Below, in pieces: positions 28,489-37,699 of a stretch of 64,000 nucleotides of DNA. The stretch's first letter is position 1. Every line of letters starts with the position of its first letter. Source of the DNA: Opitutales bacterium (GTDB lineage Bacteria > Verrucomicrobiota > Verrucomicrobiia > Opitutales > Seribacteraceae). The notes beneath the pieces were generated by a model. The model was not told the DNA's origin. It saw nothing but the letters and a program-made list of their open reading frames with translations, and did no database searches. The DNA is taken from positions 526 through 64,525 of the forward strand of contig JAQXBH010000093.1 of assembly GCA_029252505.1 (NCBI GenBank). Direction: 5' to 3'. Position numbers and translations under genes: made by a program.

Positions 28489-29161
28489 TTCGCTTAAGTT
28501 CTTCCTCTACCTTTCTTATTTTTGTAGAAACCCGACCATCTAGAAGTCCAAACCGACTCTTGATTTGGCAATCTCCAGACTGTAAGGAAGAATCTTCAAA
28601 AAATTTCACATTTGGGTAACCCTCAAGAAGCGCATCATCCCCATCTAATCCGTCAAAAATACCAGCAATAGCAGACGCAAAACCCTCTTCCTCTTCGTTT
28701 TTATCCTTTTCAACTGCTGGCTTTTCAGGATCGGCCATCGCCTTTAGTAAAGATAAATCTTGGGGGCAAAGATATACCTCAAGTTTCTCGTCTTCTCCTG
28801 AAAATTCAGAAACCATGCTTCGTACGATCTCTTCTATTGCATCACGGTCCAAAGTGATCTGACCCAGAACGCGTTCAGCAAGTCCGATGACTAAATCTGG
28901 AAGTCGGTGGTCCAGTTTTGCAATAACCTCGTTTGTTTTAGTATCAATATTCGCTAATAAATGAGACTGCGACTCTGCATAAGTTGTTCTTAATTTTGAG
29001 ATTTCAGCTTGGTAAAAGGCTGTTGCCTCTTCTTTACCTCGGTTATACTCATTTAATGCATTTTCATTGGATTGAGCCGCTGTAACAGAGGGTTCCCCAA
29101 CATGACTTACCTTGAAACCACTGAGTGGTTTCGGGAAATTGATGGATCTATTGTACGACAA
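28481..29161 (-). CDS. fliH: Flagellar assembly protein FliH
   Basis: EYNRGKEE, VYLCPQD, DSSLQSGDCQIKSRFGLLDG. Start moved to TTG 29161, which has a GGAGG SD and overlaps the fliG stop. Confidence 0.9.
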   Translation of the reverse strand: MSYNRSINFPKPLSGFKVSHVGEPSVTAAQSNENALNEYNRGKEEATAFYQAEISKLRTTYAESQSHLLANIDTKTNEVIAKLDHRLPDLVIGLAERVLGQITLDRDAIEEIVRSMVSEFSGEDEKLEVYLCPQDLSLLKAMADPEKPAVEKDKNEEEEGFASAIAGIFDGLDGDDALLEGYPNVKFFEDSSLQSGDCQIKSRFGLLDGRVSTKIRKVEEELKRND

Positions 29162-30191
29162 CGTCGCTTCCTCCAGTATCGAGAATAATTTCCTCGTCCT
29201 CCTCGAGTTCGCGTACAATTTGTATCACTCGGTCTTGGGCAGATTCCACTTCAGATAAGCGTTTAGGTCCAAGAAAGGTAAGTTGTTCTTCAAGTGCCTC
29301 AACTGCTCTCTTGGACATAGTCGAATAAATTATTTTCTTGAGTTCCGGTGAAGCGTTCTTGAGAGCAATTACTAAATCATCTTGGTCCACTTCCTTCGTA
29401 ATTTTACTCACATCTCCAGGGCTGAGTCGTACCAAGTCCTCGAAGCGGAACATCCTTTGTCGGATCGAACCTCCCAATTTAGGGTTTCTTTTCTCAATAC
29501 TTTTGAGTAACTCTTTCCCCTCCTCCTTATCAAACCAGTTCAGTAAATCGGCAGCGGATTTAACTCCGCCAGTTTTGACCCGTGGAGATTGTCCTTTTTT
29601 ACCCATTCTTGCTCCCAGCGTACTGGCAACAACCTCAATTTGATCAATGGGGGTAGTTTCCATAGAACCGACTCTTTCAACAACTTGCTCCTGTACATTT
29701 GGAGGCATCATTTGAAGAACCTCGGAACCTTTGTCCGCATCCACATTTGCAAGTACAAATGCAATTGTTTGGGGTTGTTCAAAGCGGAGGACATTGTAAA
29801 TTTGACCGGAATCCATCTCTTTGATGTCGTCCATGAAATCAAGTGAATCTCGAACCGGTGCAATACGATTCATCATATTGTTTGCCTTGTAGTCGCCGTG
29901 AGCAAGTTCCAAAGTTTTTTGAGCAAATGTCAAACCTCCCAGGTTTGAATTCACGCTAGATTCGATGATTTCTGAAAACTCATCTAATACGCAATCCTTG
30001 AGTTCTTGATCAACAATTGGAAAGTTTCCGATTTCTTTGCAGATCCCTTCAGAATCCTTTGAATCGAAACGCTTTAAAAGTGTTGCAGAAGCTTCAGGAC
30101 CAAGTGCGATCATAAGAAGACCTAATTTTTGATGCCTAGACATACGGGAGTACCGGTCATAAACGGAATCTTCTTCGGTTACTTCATCCAT
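29148..30191 (-). CDS. fliG: Rotor protein FliG
   Basis: EQPQTIA, GGVKSAADLLN, MFRFEDL, MSKRA. Confidence 0.97.
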   Translation of the reverse strand: MDEVTEEDSVYDRYSRMSRHQKLGLLMIALGPEASATLLKRFDSKDSEGICKEIGNFPIVDQELKDCVLDEFSEIIESSVNSNLGGLTFAQKTLELAHGDYKANNMMNRIAPVRDSLDFMDDIKEMDSGQIYNVLRFEQPQTIAFVLANVDADKGSEVLQMMPPNVQEQVVERVGSMETTPIDQIEVVASTLGARMGKKGQSPRVKTGGVKSAADLLNWFDKEEGKELLKSIEKRNPKLGGSIRQRMFRFEDLVRLSPGDVSKITKEVDQDDLVIALKNASPELKKIIYSTMSKRAVEALEEQLTFLGPKRLSEVESAQDRVIQIVRELEEDEEIILDTGGSDVVVQ

Positions 30192-30208
30192 CGGTCAAAA
30201 ATTAGCGG

Positions 30209-31777
30209 TTACGAGGAAGAACCCGTTTCTAAATACCTCCTGAGAGCAGTTCCTACATTGTCAGGTTTTTCCTGAATTAAGTCGTTGAGAAGTTCTGGAG
30301 TTAACCCACTACCTAAACTCCTTGTTCCAGCAAGTAACTGCTGGTCATCTTCGTCCAAAACCTGAACTTCAGCCTCGTTCGGTTTAAATCTCTTTAGCAT
30401 TGTGATGAAGACAATAAACAATGCAATTGCTAAGATAACACCAACTAAAGTTTTTACGTGGGGTCCATATTTATCAACGAAATTCTGAAATTGATCCAAT
30501 GTTTCGCCCCCAATACCCCCAATCGCAGGGTCTTGAAAAACAACTTCTTTGACAGATACATGAGTTAGAAGTTCGCTTTCTTCAAGGTTGAATCTCGCCC
30601 CCACGGCATTGATTACAGCCTCTCGTATAACATCAATATCCTCAGCAGTTCGTGGTGACTCCCCTTTCGCAATAAGAACCGCTACACTTCGACTGATAAT
30701 TGAACCTGGTTCTTGAACTGTCTCTTTTAGATTCCTACTAATCTCAAAATCTGTAGTCTTGGACTCGCGAGACTCATCGCTTTTAGCCATGATAGGATCC
30801 TGTTGAGTAGCATCCTGACTTACATTAGGCACATTAGCACCCATTCCTGTCGCGTTATTTTGAGGCTGTGTCTCTACAGTTGTAGCCATGTCTTTGTCAG
30901 TAGTCGAAGTTCGAGGAACTTGTCCATCAGGATCAAACTTCTCATCTAATTCCGTCATTGATTTGGTGTCTAAATTTACTGAAACTCGAGCGATTACATT
31001 TTGTCTACCGACCGTTTTGGCAAGCATAGTTTCGATCTTAGTTTCCAATCGTCGTTCCTGTGCTTCATAAGCTTTCATCATCTGACCCGCAACACCAGCG
31101 GCACCACTGGATTCTCCCTGCTCAGAAAGAAGGTTTCCTTGGTTGTCCATTACTGCCACATTCGATTTGTTGATTCCTTTGTTAGCATTGGAGACAAGAA
31201 ACTGAATTGCATTTACATTAGCTTTATCAAGTGTACTCCCTCCGGTATCGACATATACTGAAGCGCTGGGCCTATCATTCGGATCTTCGCTAAGCAAAAG
31301 GTTATTTTCAGGCTTAACAATAAAAACCTTTGCTGACTTGATTGAATCCATCATTGCAATTGTTCTCTGTAACTCTCCCTGAATTGCCCGTGTGTGATTA
31401 GTTCGTTGCACGAAATCACTAATCCCAAAATTTCCTTCATCAAAAATCTCAAACCCTACATCACCGCTTCTTGGCAAACCTTTCATGGCAAGTTCCATCC
31501 TCATCGCTGCACGTTTATCCTCAGGCACTAAAATGGTGTCTCCGCTCTCACTATATTCAAATTCGACTTGATTTGATCGCAACACATCCACCACATCGCT
31601 CAGGTCATCGGCATCAGCTCCGCTTACCAAAACGCGCATTGAAGTGCTCCCACCTGACCAGCTAAGAATCCCGACACTTAAAATTAAAATCCCGCCTAAG
31701 GCGACGACTAGGGTTAATTTTCTACTTGAATTCAAACCGTCCCAAAGTTCGGCAAGCTTACTAAATCGTTCTTTCAT
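30209..31777 (-). CDS. fliF: MS-ring protein FliF
   Basis: GFEIFDEGNFGISDF, RAIQGELQRTI, PSASV; two TM helices. Confidence 0.97.
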   Translation of the reverse strand: MKERFSKLAELWDGLNSSRKLTLVVALGGILILSVGILSWSGGSTSMRVLVSGADADDLSDVVDVLRSNQVEFEYSESGDTILVPEDKRAAMRMELAMKGLPRSGDVGFEIFDEGNFGISDFVQRTNHTRAIQGELQRTIAMMDSIKSAKVFIVKPENNLLLSEDPNDRPSASVYVDTGGSTLDKANVNAIQFLVSNANKGINKSNVAVMDNQGNLLSEQGESSGAAGVAGQMMKAYEAQERRLETKIETMLAKTVGRQNVIARVSVNLDTKSMTELDEKFDPDGQVPRTSTTDKDMATTVETQPQNNATGMGANVPNVSQDATQQDPIMAKSDESRESKTTDFEISRNLKETVQEPGSIISRSVAVLIAKGESPRTAEDIDVIREAVINAVGARFNLEESELLTHVSVKEVVFQDPAIGGIGGETLDQFQNFVDKYGPHVKTLVGVILAIALFIVFITMLKRFKPNEAEVQVLDEDDQQLLAGTRSLGSGLTPELLNDLIQEKPDNVGTALRRYLETGSSS

Positions 31778-31801
31778 ATAATTTAACTAAAGTTTTGAAG
31801 A

Positions 31802-32218
31802 CTAAACTTGCATCCTCATTAACTCTTTGTAGGACTCAACTAGTTTATTGCGCACCTCGATCATCAAATTAAATGCCACGCCCGCTTCTTGTGATTTAAC
31901 GACCGCTTCGTGGATGTTATCAGATTTCCCAAGTATAAGATCTTGAGTTTCACGAGCTGAAATTTTCTTCTTTTGATCAACTCCCTTCACAAAGCTTTCG
32001 AACATTTGAGAAAAACCGGGTGCAGTAACTCGGTCGGTGGGCGAAGTTTTATCAATTGGAACAAAATCAACCGCATTAGTTTGCTGGGCTTCTTTTGCCC
32101 CAAAGCCTTGACCTAATTCGCTCGTTTTCGCAAAACGATCGAGTTGCTTGTTCGCTTGAAGATTAGAGTTTTGTGTGAGCAAATCGCTCAGACTAGGAAG
32201 TGATGATATTTCGTTCAC
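31802..32218 (-). CDS. fliE: Hook-basal body protein FliE
   Basis: EVRNKLVESYKELMRMQV. Confidence 0.96.
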   Translation of the reverse strand: MNEISSLPSLSDLLTQNSNLQANKQLDRFAKTSELGQGFGAKEAQQTNAVDFVPIDKTSPTDRVTAPGFSQMFESFVKGVDQKKKISARETQDLILGKSDNIHEAVVKSQEAGVAFNLMIEVRNKLVESYKELMRMQV

Positions 32219-32226
32219 AATATAAA

Positions 32227-32667
32227 TTATCTACCGATAGCGAGCGCTTGCTGAGCTAATCGACGGGAAGTTTTGACTACAGTTAAATTAGCTTCGTAAG
32301 CACGAGAAGCACTTATTAAATCAATCATTTCGCGGGATACATCCACATTGGGCATTTCAACCATACCGTCTTCATTTGCATGAGGATGACCAGGGTTGAA
32401 GATCATGCGACCAGGTGTTTGGTCATCAAATACATCAGTAACCCGAACGCCTTGGTAAAGATTTTCGTCCACATAACCGGGAACTCTGCGCTCCGGAGTT
32501 TTTATAAATTCCTCAAAAGAAACTTCTTTTCTTTTGTAAACATTTCCAGATGCATCCTGAGTAGTGTTCGAGTTTGCAATGTTTTGAGCGATAATTTCAA
32601 GTCTGATCTTCTCTGCAGATAATGCACTGCCAGTAGACTCGATTCCAGGGATAAGGTTCATACTCAT
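32227..32667 (-). CDS. flgC: Rod protein FlgC
   Basis: NIANSNTT, YKRK, PGHPHANEDGMVEMPNV, ASRAYEAN. Confidence 0.97.
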   Translation of the reverse strand: MSMNLIPGIESTGSALSAEKIRLEIIAQNIANSNTTQDASGNVYKRKEVSFEEFIKTPERRVPGYVDENLYQGVRVTDVFDDQTPGRMIFNPGHPHANEDGMVEMPNVDVSREMIDLISASRAYEANLTVVKTSRRLAQQALAIGR

Positions 32668-32678
32668 AATGAAATATT

Positions 32679-33068
32679 TTAGACGCGACCCCTAATTGCT
32701 TTGTTCAGTTCCTTTATTGAACCTCCTACTGCGCCAGTAAGATACTCATAATTTAAAGCGTTACGATTCATTGCAAGCATTTCTTCGTCGATTTGTACCG
32801 TGTTACCATCCATACGGACAGGTTTCGCTTGTCGATCTTCTTCGCTTCGAGGAAGAAGTCCTTTCACCCTACGAAAATCGCTTCTGTCGACTGCCCTTCT
32901 AAGTTCCACAGAAAAAGTCTTAGGTAAGTCTCTTCTTTTAAAACCAGGCGTTTCTACATTCGCAATATTGTTAGAGAGTGCCTCGTGACGCAAATGAGTT
33001 GCATCAAGGAGTTTTTTAGAGATTAGGTAATTCTCTTGACTGTATAAGTTATCGAGTACGACTGCCAT
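32679..33068 (-). CDS. flgB: Rod protein FlgB
   Basis: NNIANVETPGFKRRD, RMDGNTV. Start moved to ATG 33068 because the longer start in the track lies inside the sigma54 promoter. Confidence 0.95.
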   Translation of the reverse strand: MAVVLDNLYSQENYLISKKLLDATHLRHEALSNNIANVETPGFKRRDLPKTFSVELRRAVDRSDFRRVKGLLPRSEEDRQAKPVRMDGNTVQIDEEMLAMNRNALNYEYLTGAVGGSIKELNKAIRGRV

Positions 33069-33069
33069 G

Positions 33070-33085
33070 TGGCACACACAATGCA
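33070..33085 (+). promoter_or_regulatory. Possible opposed sigma54 promoter facing the histidine kinase
   Basis: Plus strand TGGCAC-ACACA-ATGCA (one mismatch), overlapping the flgB promoter by 4 bp. Confidence 0.45.
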
Positions 33086-33097
33086 ATACTTGTGCCA
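33082..33097 (-). promoter_or_regulatory. sigma54 promoter of the flgB operon
   Basis: Minus strand TGGCAC-AAGTA-TTGCA, a perfect consensus match. Confidence 0.92.
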
Positions 33098-33282
33098 AAT
33101 AGTCTTTCGGGCTTAAACTAAGTGTCTTAGTTAGATGATGCTTAGAACCACGGGTCTTAAGTATAGCAAAATTAATTCATACCTAGCATTTTTTTCCCAG
33201 ATAGGAATAAATTTCTTCTTTTGTTGCCATTGGTCGTTCTCTCTTTTCTAAACCAGTAATTTAATATTTAATTGAAACTCTT

Positions 33283-34863
33283 GTGAAATCACCAAATTTT
33301 GAAAATTGTCAAGTAGGCTTAACTCCTGAAGGAAAGATTGAAAAAGTTTCGGATGCATTTGCATCTTGGGTCGGGAAGGGAGCAAAAGACTTAATAGGAG
33401 AAAACTTCCGACCATTCTTTCTTTCTCTTGAAAAGAGTTGGTCACTTCTTCTACCAAAAGATTTTTTTCGGAAGGACTTCGAATGTTTTTTCCCGTTGTC
33501 ACCAGAAAGTCACCGTTCCTCCGTTGGTATTCATTTTCAAAATGTAAGTTATTCCCACAACTCTGTCATTTCTTTGTCCCCTGCCCTAGCTCCGCACGAT
33601 TCATTAAAAAAGGCATTCATGGGCGATTTAATGAATGATCCACGGGCGCTAGCAAACACTCTGATAAGACTTCAGAAAGCAGAAAGCAGACTGTCAGACT
33701 ATATCAGTAACTTTCCGGGGATTTTCTTTACGCAAAGACCTGATATGACGTTTAGTTATTTGTCGCGGGGGATCCAAAAAATATTTCCGTCCGAACATTC
33801 TGAGTTGGCTCGAAATGGTGGCTTGTTTTTAAGCAAAATATTCGAAAAGGACAGAGAACACTTTTTAAAAGAATTAAATACCAACGGAAAAAACCCAGAA
33901 ACCTTTAGCTTTACCTACCGGGTTACCATTCCACCGACCGGTCAGATTATTTATTTATTAGATGTTCGTACTCCTATCATTACTGCGACCAACAAACTTC
34001 TTGGATACGATGGGGTTTTTGTCGATATAACAAGGCAAGCGATAGCTGAGCACAGGTTGTCACACTCCGTTTGGCGGGAAGGCCTTGCCACTCTCACAAA
34101 TGGACTGGTGCATGACTTTAGTAATTTGATGGCAGGAATTTATTCAATTAGCGAATTATATCATGGCATGATGGCAAAGGACGATCCTATGGCCAAAGGA
34201 CTGGGCCAAATTAAAAAAAGTGCGATGCAGGCCCAAAAGTTAGTGCGTAGGATTATTGATTTACACCGTGAAAAAGCTGCTTCACGAACCGTTCACGATC
34301 TTAGATTACTACTAAAAGATCAAATGGACTTGGTTGATATTATCATTCCCAGAAGTGCTAAAATAACCACCGATTTCGGCACTCAAACTATGCCGGCATT
34401 TATTGAAGAAACTGGATTTAGGCAGATGATTCTCAATTTAGTAATTAATGCAAGGGATGCAATCGACCGAACGGGTAAAATTAAAATATCGTTAAGAAAA
34501 GTCAAAAAAGGACAGATAATAATGAAAGGGGCTGTTGGAAATAAAACAACCGCACCAGCAGAAGGTGCGGAACTAGCGCTCACTGATAATGGAAAAGGAA
34601 TTCCCTCTGAACTTGAAGAAAACTTGTTTGATCCATTCATTACTTCAAAGTCATCAGGGAGCGGTTCAGGATTCGGACTATATAATGCCAAAATTTTCAT
34701 CGAGGATCACAATGGATTAATTGGATTTTCAACAATGAAGGGTAAAGGGACTACATTTTTCTTATTTATCCCATTAGAAACCGATGATGAAGACAAGCCA
34801 TCTCAAAATGTGAAACGTGCGAAACGGGCTACAAGGGCATTTATTAAAACGACTAATCAATAA
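33283..34863 (+). CDS. Cytoplasmic PAS-domain sensor histidine kinase
   Basis: PAS/PAC region (GYDGVFVDIT), H-box LVHDFSNL, NLVINARDA, DNGKGI, FDPFITSK, GSGFGL; no TM or receiver domain. Confidence 0.92.
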   Translation: MKSPNFENCQVGLTPEGKIEKVSDAFASWVGKGAKDLIGENFRPFFLSLEKSWSLLLPKDFFRKDFECFFPLSPESHRSSVGIHFQNVSYSHNSVISLSPALAPHDSLKKAFMGDLMNDPRALANTLIRLQKAESRLSDYISNFPGIFFTQRPDMTFSYLSRGIQKIFPSEHSELARNGGLFLSKIFEKDREHFLKELNTNGKNPETFSFTYRVTIPPTGQIIYLLDVRTPIITATNKLLGYDGVFVDITRQAIAEHRLSHSVWREGLATLTNGLVHDFSNLMAGIYSISELYHGMMAKDDPMAKGLGQIKKSAMQAQKLVRRIIDLHREKAASRTVHDLRLLLKDQMDLVDIIIPRSAKITTDFGTQTMPAFIEETGFRQMILNLVINARDAIDRTGKIKISLRKVKKGQIIMKGAVGNKTTAPAEGAELALTDNGKGIPSELEENLFDPFITSKSSGSGSGFGLYNAKIFIEDHNGLIGFSTMKGKGTTFFLFIPLETDDEDKPSQNVKRAKRATRAFIKTTNQ

Positions 34864-34884
34864 TATTGTGTATAAAACAACAAT

Positions 34885-35301
34885 TCACTTTGTCAAAACT
34901 CCCTGCTCATAACGCAGTATGGATCTTACTTTTCCATTTTTTCCATAGAAAATCATATCTCCATGAAGTCGTCCGTCTAAATAATTTGCTTCCACCCAAG
35001 AACCATCTTTTGACTTTTTAATACTCTTTCCGTTTAACCGACCATCGTTAAAAGTTTGGATTGTATTTAATTTAGATCCGTTTCTTTCTAACTTTCCTGC
35101 GAACGGCGCTGCACTTTCCCGATGCAAAAGAATCGAAATGTTATCATCAGGTTCGACTATGAACTCCTTTTGAAAATCTTCTTCTTTTCCTATCCATTCA
35201 GTTGGGAGTTCTCGGGGAGATTCATCTGTCAAATCCTCTCCGCACGAAAGCAGCAAAGAAATACAGGAAAGTGGGAGTAATCGAGTACAGAATTCTCTCA
35301 A
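34885..35301 (-). CDS. Lipoprotein with MORN-variant (YwqK-like) repeats
   Basis: Lipobox LLSC; FNDGRLNG, YLDGRLHG, YGKNGK repeats. Confidence 0.75.
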   Translation of the reverse strand: MREFCTRLLPLSCISLLLSCGEDLTDESPRELPTEWIGKEEDFQKEFIVEPDDNISILLHRESAAPFAGKLERNGSKLNTIQTFNDGRLNGKSIKKSKDGSWVEANYLDGRLHGDMIFYGKNGKVRSILRYEQGVLTK

Positions 35302-35882
35302 TTTTTTAAGTAGTCTGAAAATTCATAAAGTTCAGGATCGCGAATGATTTTTTTCTTCATAAACTTCTTAATCTTGGACTTAACTGTTTCTTGAGAGGCG
35401 CCTTCTTCTCCCTCTTGCATCCCGGAAGGCTGTTCTTCATCTCCTAAAAAGTCTCCCATTTGACTTTCTAGTTCATCCGGATCGGCGCCTTCCTCGAGTT
35501 TGCGTACAACTTCCTCCATAGGTTCATCCATTGTTTCCCCTGTCATCTCACACATTTTGCGCATCAATTGCCCCATTTGCTTGGGATCTGGGTTATCTTC
35601 GTCCATCCCCCCCATAGCACCCTCCAACTCCTTCATTACCTTTTCTGCTTGATTGGGATCCATGCCCGCAAATGGATCATTGGCATCATCTCCAGAACCT
35701 TGCTCGGGCATTTCAACAGGTTCTTCCTTTTTTCCGGTAATCGAAAATCCAGACATCACTTTTTCCATTTTATACTTTTTGCCGTCCGGGCATTCAGGCG
35801 TTTTATCCGAGTATGAAGTGGAATGGGCAAAGAATGAATAGATCTTTCCCTTCTCTCGACTCATGAATTCATAGATTGGCAT
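35298..35882 (-). CDS. FmdB-like protein with a degenerate zinc ribbon and an acidic Met-rich tail
   Basis: MPIYEF...PECPDG...MEKVMSGFS N-terminus; DPKQMGQLMRKM, RKLEEGADP. Confidence 0.75.
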   Translation of the reverse strand: MPIYEFMSREKGKIYSFFAHSTSYSDKTPECPDGKKYKMEKVMSGFSITGKKEEPVEMPEQGSGDDANDPFAGMDPNQAEKVMKELEGAMGGMDEDNPDPKQMGQLMRKMCEMTGETMDEPMEEVVRKLEEGADPDELESQMGDFLGDEEQPSGMQEGEEGASQETVKSKIKKFMKKKIIRDPELYEFSDYLKN

Positions 35883-35968
35883 AATGTAAAAGTTTTACTA
35901 GTAAATTAATAACTTAAAAGATTTCAATGACGTAAAGTTTTTAAGCTAGCAATCTTTTCAAATCCGCA

Positions 35969-36424
35969 ATGAAGACAATTTTTCACTTTTGGAGCAACTC
36001 ACCAACTAGTAGGCTTTGGATTTCCCTGCCCTTGGGCTACACTTTTTTTCTTCAAGTGCTCACCGGTTTCCCCAAGCCAGACAGTCTCAAGGACCTGAAT
36101 GCAAATGAACTTTTTGTCCGCTTTTCCGAGGAACTCTTTGACTACCCCTTTTGGCTGCAGGATCTCAGTCACTTGCCACTCTTTTATGGACTTGCTTGGT
36201 TATGGTCCTGGTACCTCGGACCGATTCGTTCCTTATCTTCAGCTTTTAAATGCAAGGCATTTTATATCGCCACACTCTACGGAATTATTAATGAAATGGC
36301 ACAGGCTTTTATCCCCGATCGTTTTCCCTCCCCTGGCGATTTAATCATGAATTTGGCTGGAGTACTTCTTGGCTTAATCACGCACTCCGTATTGTGCCGA
36401 AAATTCGGCACACCTACAAAGTAG
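35969..36424 (+). CDS. VanZ-like membrane protein
   Basis: SHLPLFYGL, YGIINEMAQAFIPDRFPSPGDLIMNLAG. Confidence 0.85.
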   Translation: MKTIFHFWSNSPTSRLWISLPLGYTFFLQVLTGFPKPDSLKDLNANELFVRFSEELFDYPFWLQDLSHLPLFYGLAWLWSWYLGPIRSLSSAFKCKAFYIATLYGIINEMAQAFIPDRFPSPGDLIMNLAGVLLGLITHSVLCRKFGTPTK

Positions 36425-36430
36425 TACGAT

Positions 36431-37699
36431 CTAGTTTGCCCTCATCGCACCTTCTCTTTCCAACAGAGTCGGATGAGAATAATGAAATCCTGCCATTAAT
36501 GGGTGAGGCAATGGATGAGATAAATTTTCGACATACAGTTTTCTCAGAGCAGAAATTAACGGCTCTTCCCCTCCTACAGCAATTTTGGCAAAATGATCCG
36601 CTTCAAATTCGTGTTTCCTCGAAAATAAATTACTGACGGGAGTGAGCCAGTAGGTAAAAAAGCCAAGTGTCAGGGACAATCCAATAATCAACGGACTCAA
36701 AGAAGAAATCAAACTAACATCTAGACCCAGTCCACTATAAAACCAGGCACTTTCGAGTAAGTACCCCATTAAACCGAAGCCCGCTAACCCCATCACAAAA
36801 GACATCACCAGGCGCTTAGGAATATGCCCCATTTTATAATGTCCGACCTCATGGGCAAGTACCGCTTCAATCTCTTCAATGGACATCTGCTTGATCAGTG
36901 TATCATACAATACAATTCGTCGAAATCGTCCAAAGCCGGTAAAATAGGCATTTGAATGTCCCGAGCGCTTACTGCCATCGATCACTTCAATTGTATTTGC
37001 TTTAAATCCGGTCTTATCCGACAGGGCCATTAGTCGATCCTTCAATTCACCATCTTCCAACGGAGTCAACTTATTAAAAAGAGGAAGAATTAATTTGGGG
37101 TACAGAACCATCATTAAAAGTTGTATACCAAAAAACACAACAAATGCCATGGCCCACCAATACGCAGGAGAAGCCTCCGAAATTGTCCGGTACAACCAAA
37201 TCAATAATGCCAAAAGAAGGTAGGAAAGAACAAAGCCCAGAATCATTCCTTTTACCTTGTCCATAACCCAAAGCTTTTTGGTAGATTTATTAAAGCCAAA
37301 TTTTTCTTCCAAGGTAAACTGATTATACCAGTCAAAAAAGAGACCTGGTATTTGCAGAACATTGAGCAATGCAGTTGCCACAAAAGCACCCCACCAAACT
37401 GAATCAAAAAGAGTCACCGGCCAAATTTCAAATACCGTGGGCAAGACATATAAAAACACGGGAAAGAAGATCACAAAACCAAAAATCTCTTCTACTCTTG
37501 AAAACCGGCTCTTACTGATTGAATAATTACTCGCTTTTCTCCAGGTCTCGTCATCCATCAATGACTTTGATTCTTCCGGTTGAGCTCCGATCAAATTAGC
37601 CACATGCTTCTCGTTCAGAACCTTAAGAAAATACTCGAATAAAAATTGGCACACTGCCAACACCACCACAATCATTTGCAAATCTGTCATAGATTTCAT
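36431..37699 (-). CDS. Peptidase M48 (Ste24/HtpX-like) zinc metalloprotease
   Basis: DGSKRSGHSNAYFTG, RIVLYDTL, AVLAHEVGH, EFEAD, YSHP. Confidence 0.95.
   Translation of the reverse strand: MKSMTDLQMIVVVLAVCQFLFEYFLKVLNEKHVANLIGAQPEESKSLMDDETWRKASNYSISKSRFSRVEEIFGFVIFFPVFLYVLPTVFEIWPVTLFDSVWWGAFVATALLNVLQIPGLFFDWYNQFTLEEKFGFNKSTKKLWVMDKVKGMILGFVLSYLLLALLIWLYRTISEASPAYWWAMAFVVFFGIQLLMMVLYPKLILPLFNKLTPLEDGELKDRLMALSDKTGFKANTIEVIDGSKRSGHSNAYFTGFGRFRRIVLYDTLIKQMSIEEIEAVLAHEVGHYKMGHIPKRLVMSFVMGLAGFGLMGYLLESAWFYSGLGLDVSLISSLSPLIIGLSLTLGFFTYWLTPVSNLFSRKHEFEADHFAKIAVGGEEPLISALRKLYVENLSHPLPHPLMAGFHYSHPTLLEREGAMRAN

Noticed and set aside
29162-29218. Extended 5' ends of fliH (also flgI 8917-8976 and sixA 53978-54034)
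   Set aside because: They overlap neighbouring genes, and downstream starts fit the SD, signal peptide or family N-terminus better.
27163-31777. Possible non-flagellar type III injectisome
   Set aside because: Rod, hook, L/P-ring, stator and fliA genes are present, with no secretin or needle genes; the system is flagellar.
33069-33098. N-terminal extension MAQVLHCVCH of FlgB in the ORF track
   Set aside because: It coincides with the sigma54 promoter; ATG 33068 gives a normal 129-aa FlgB.
33100-33282. Enhancer or IHF sites upstream of the flgB sigma54 promoter
   Set aside because: AT-rich with weak dyads only; no site can be supported without comparative data.
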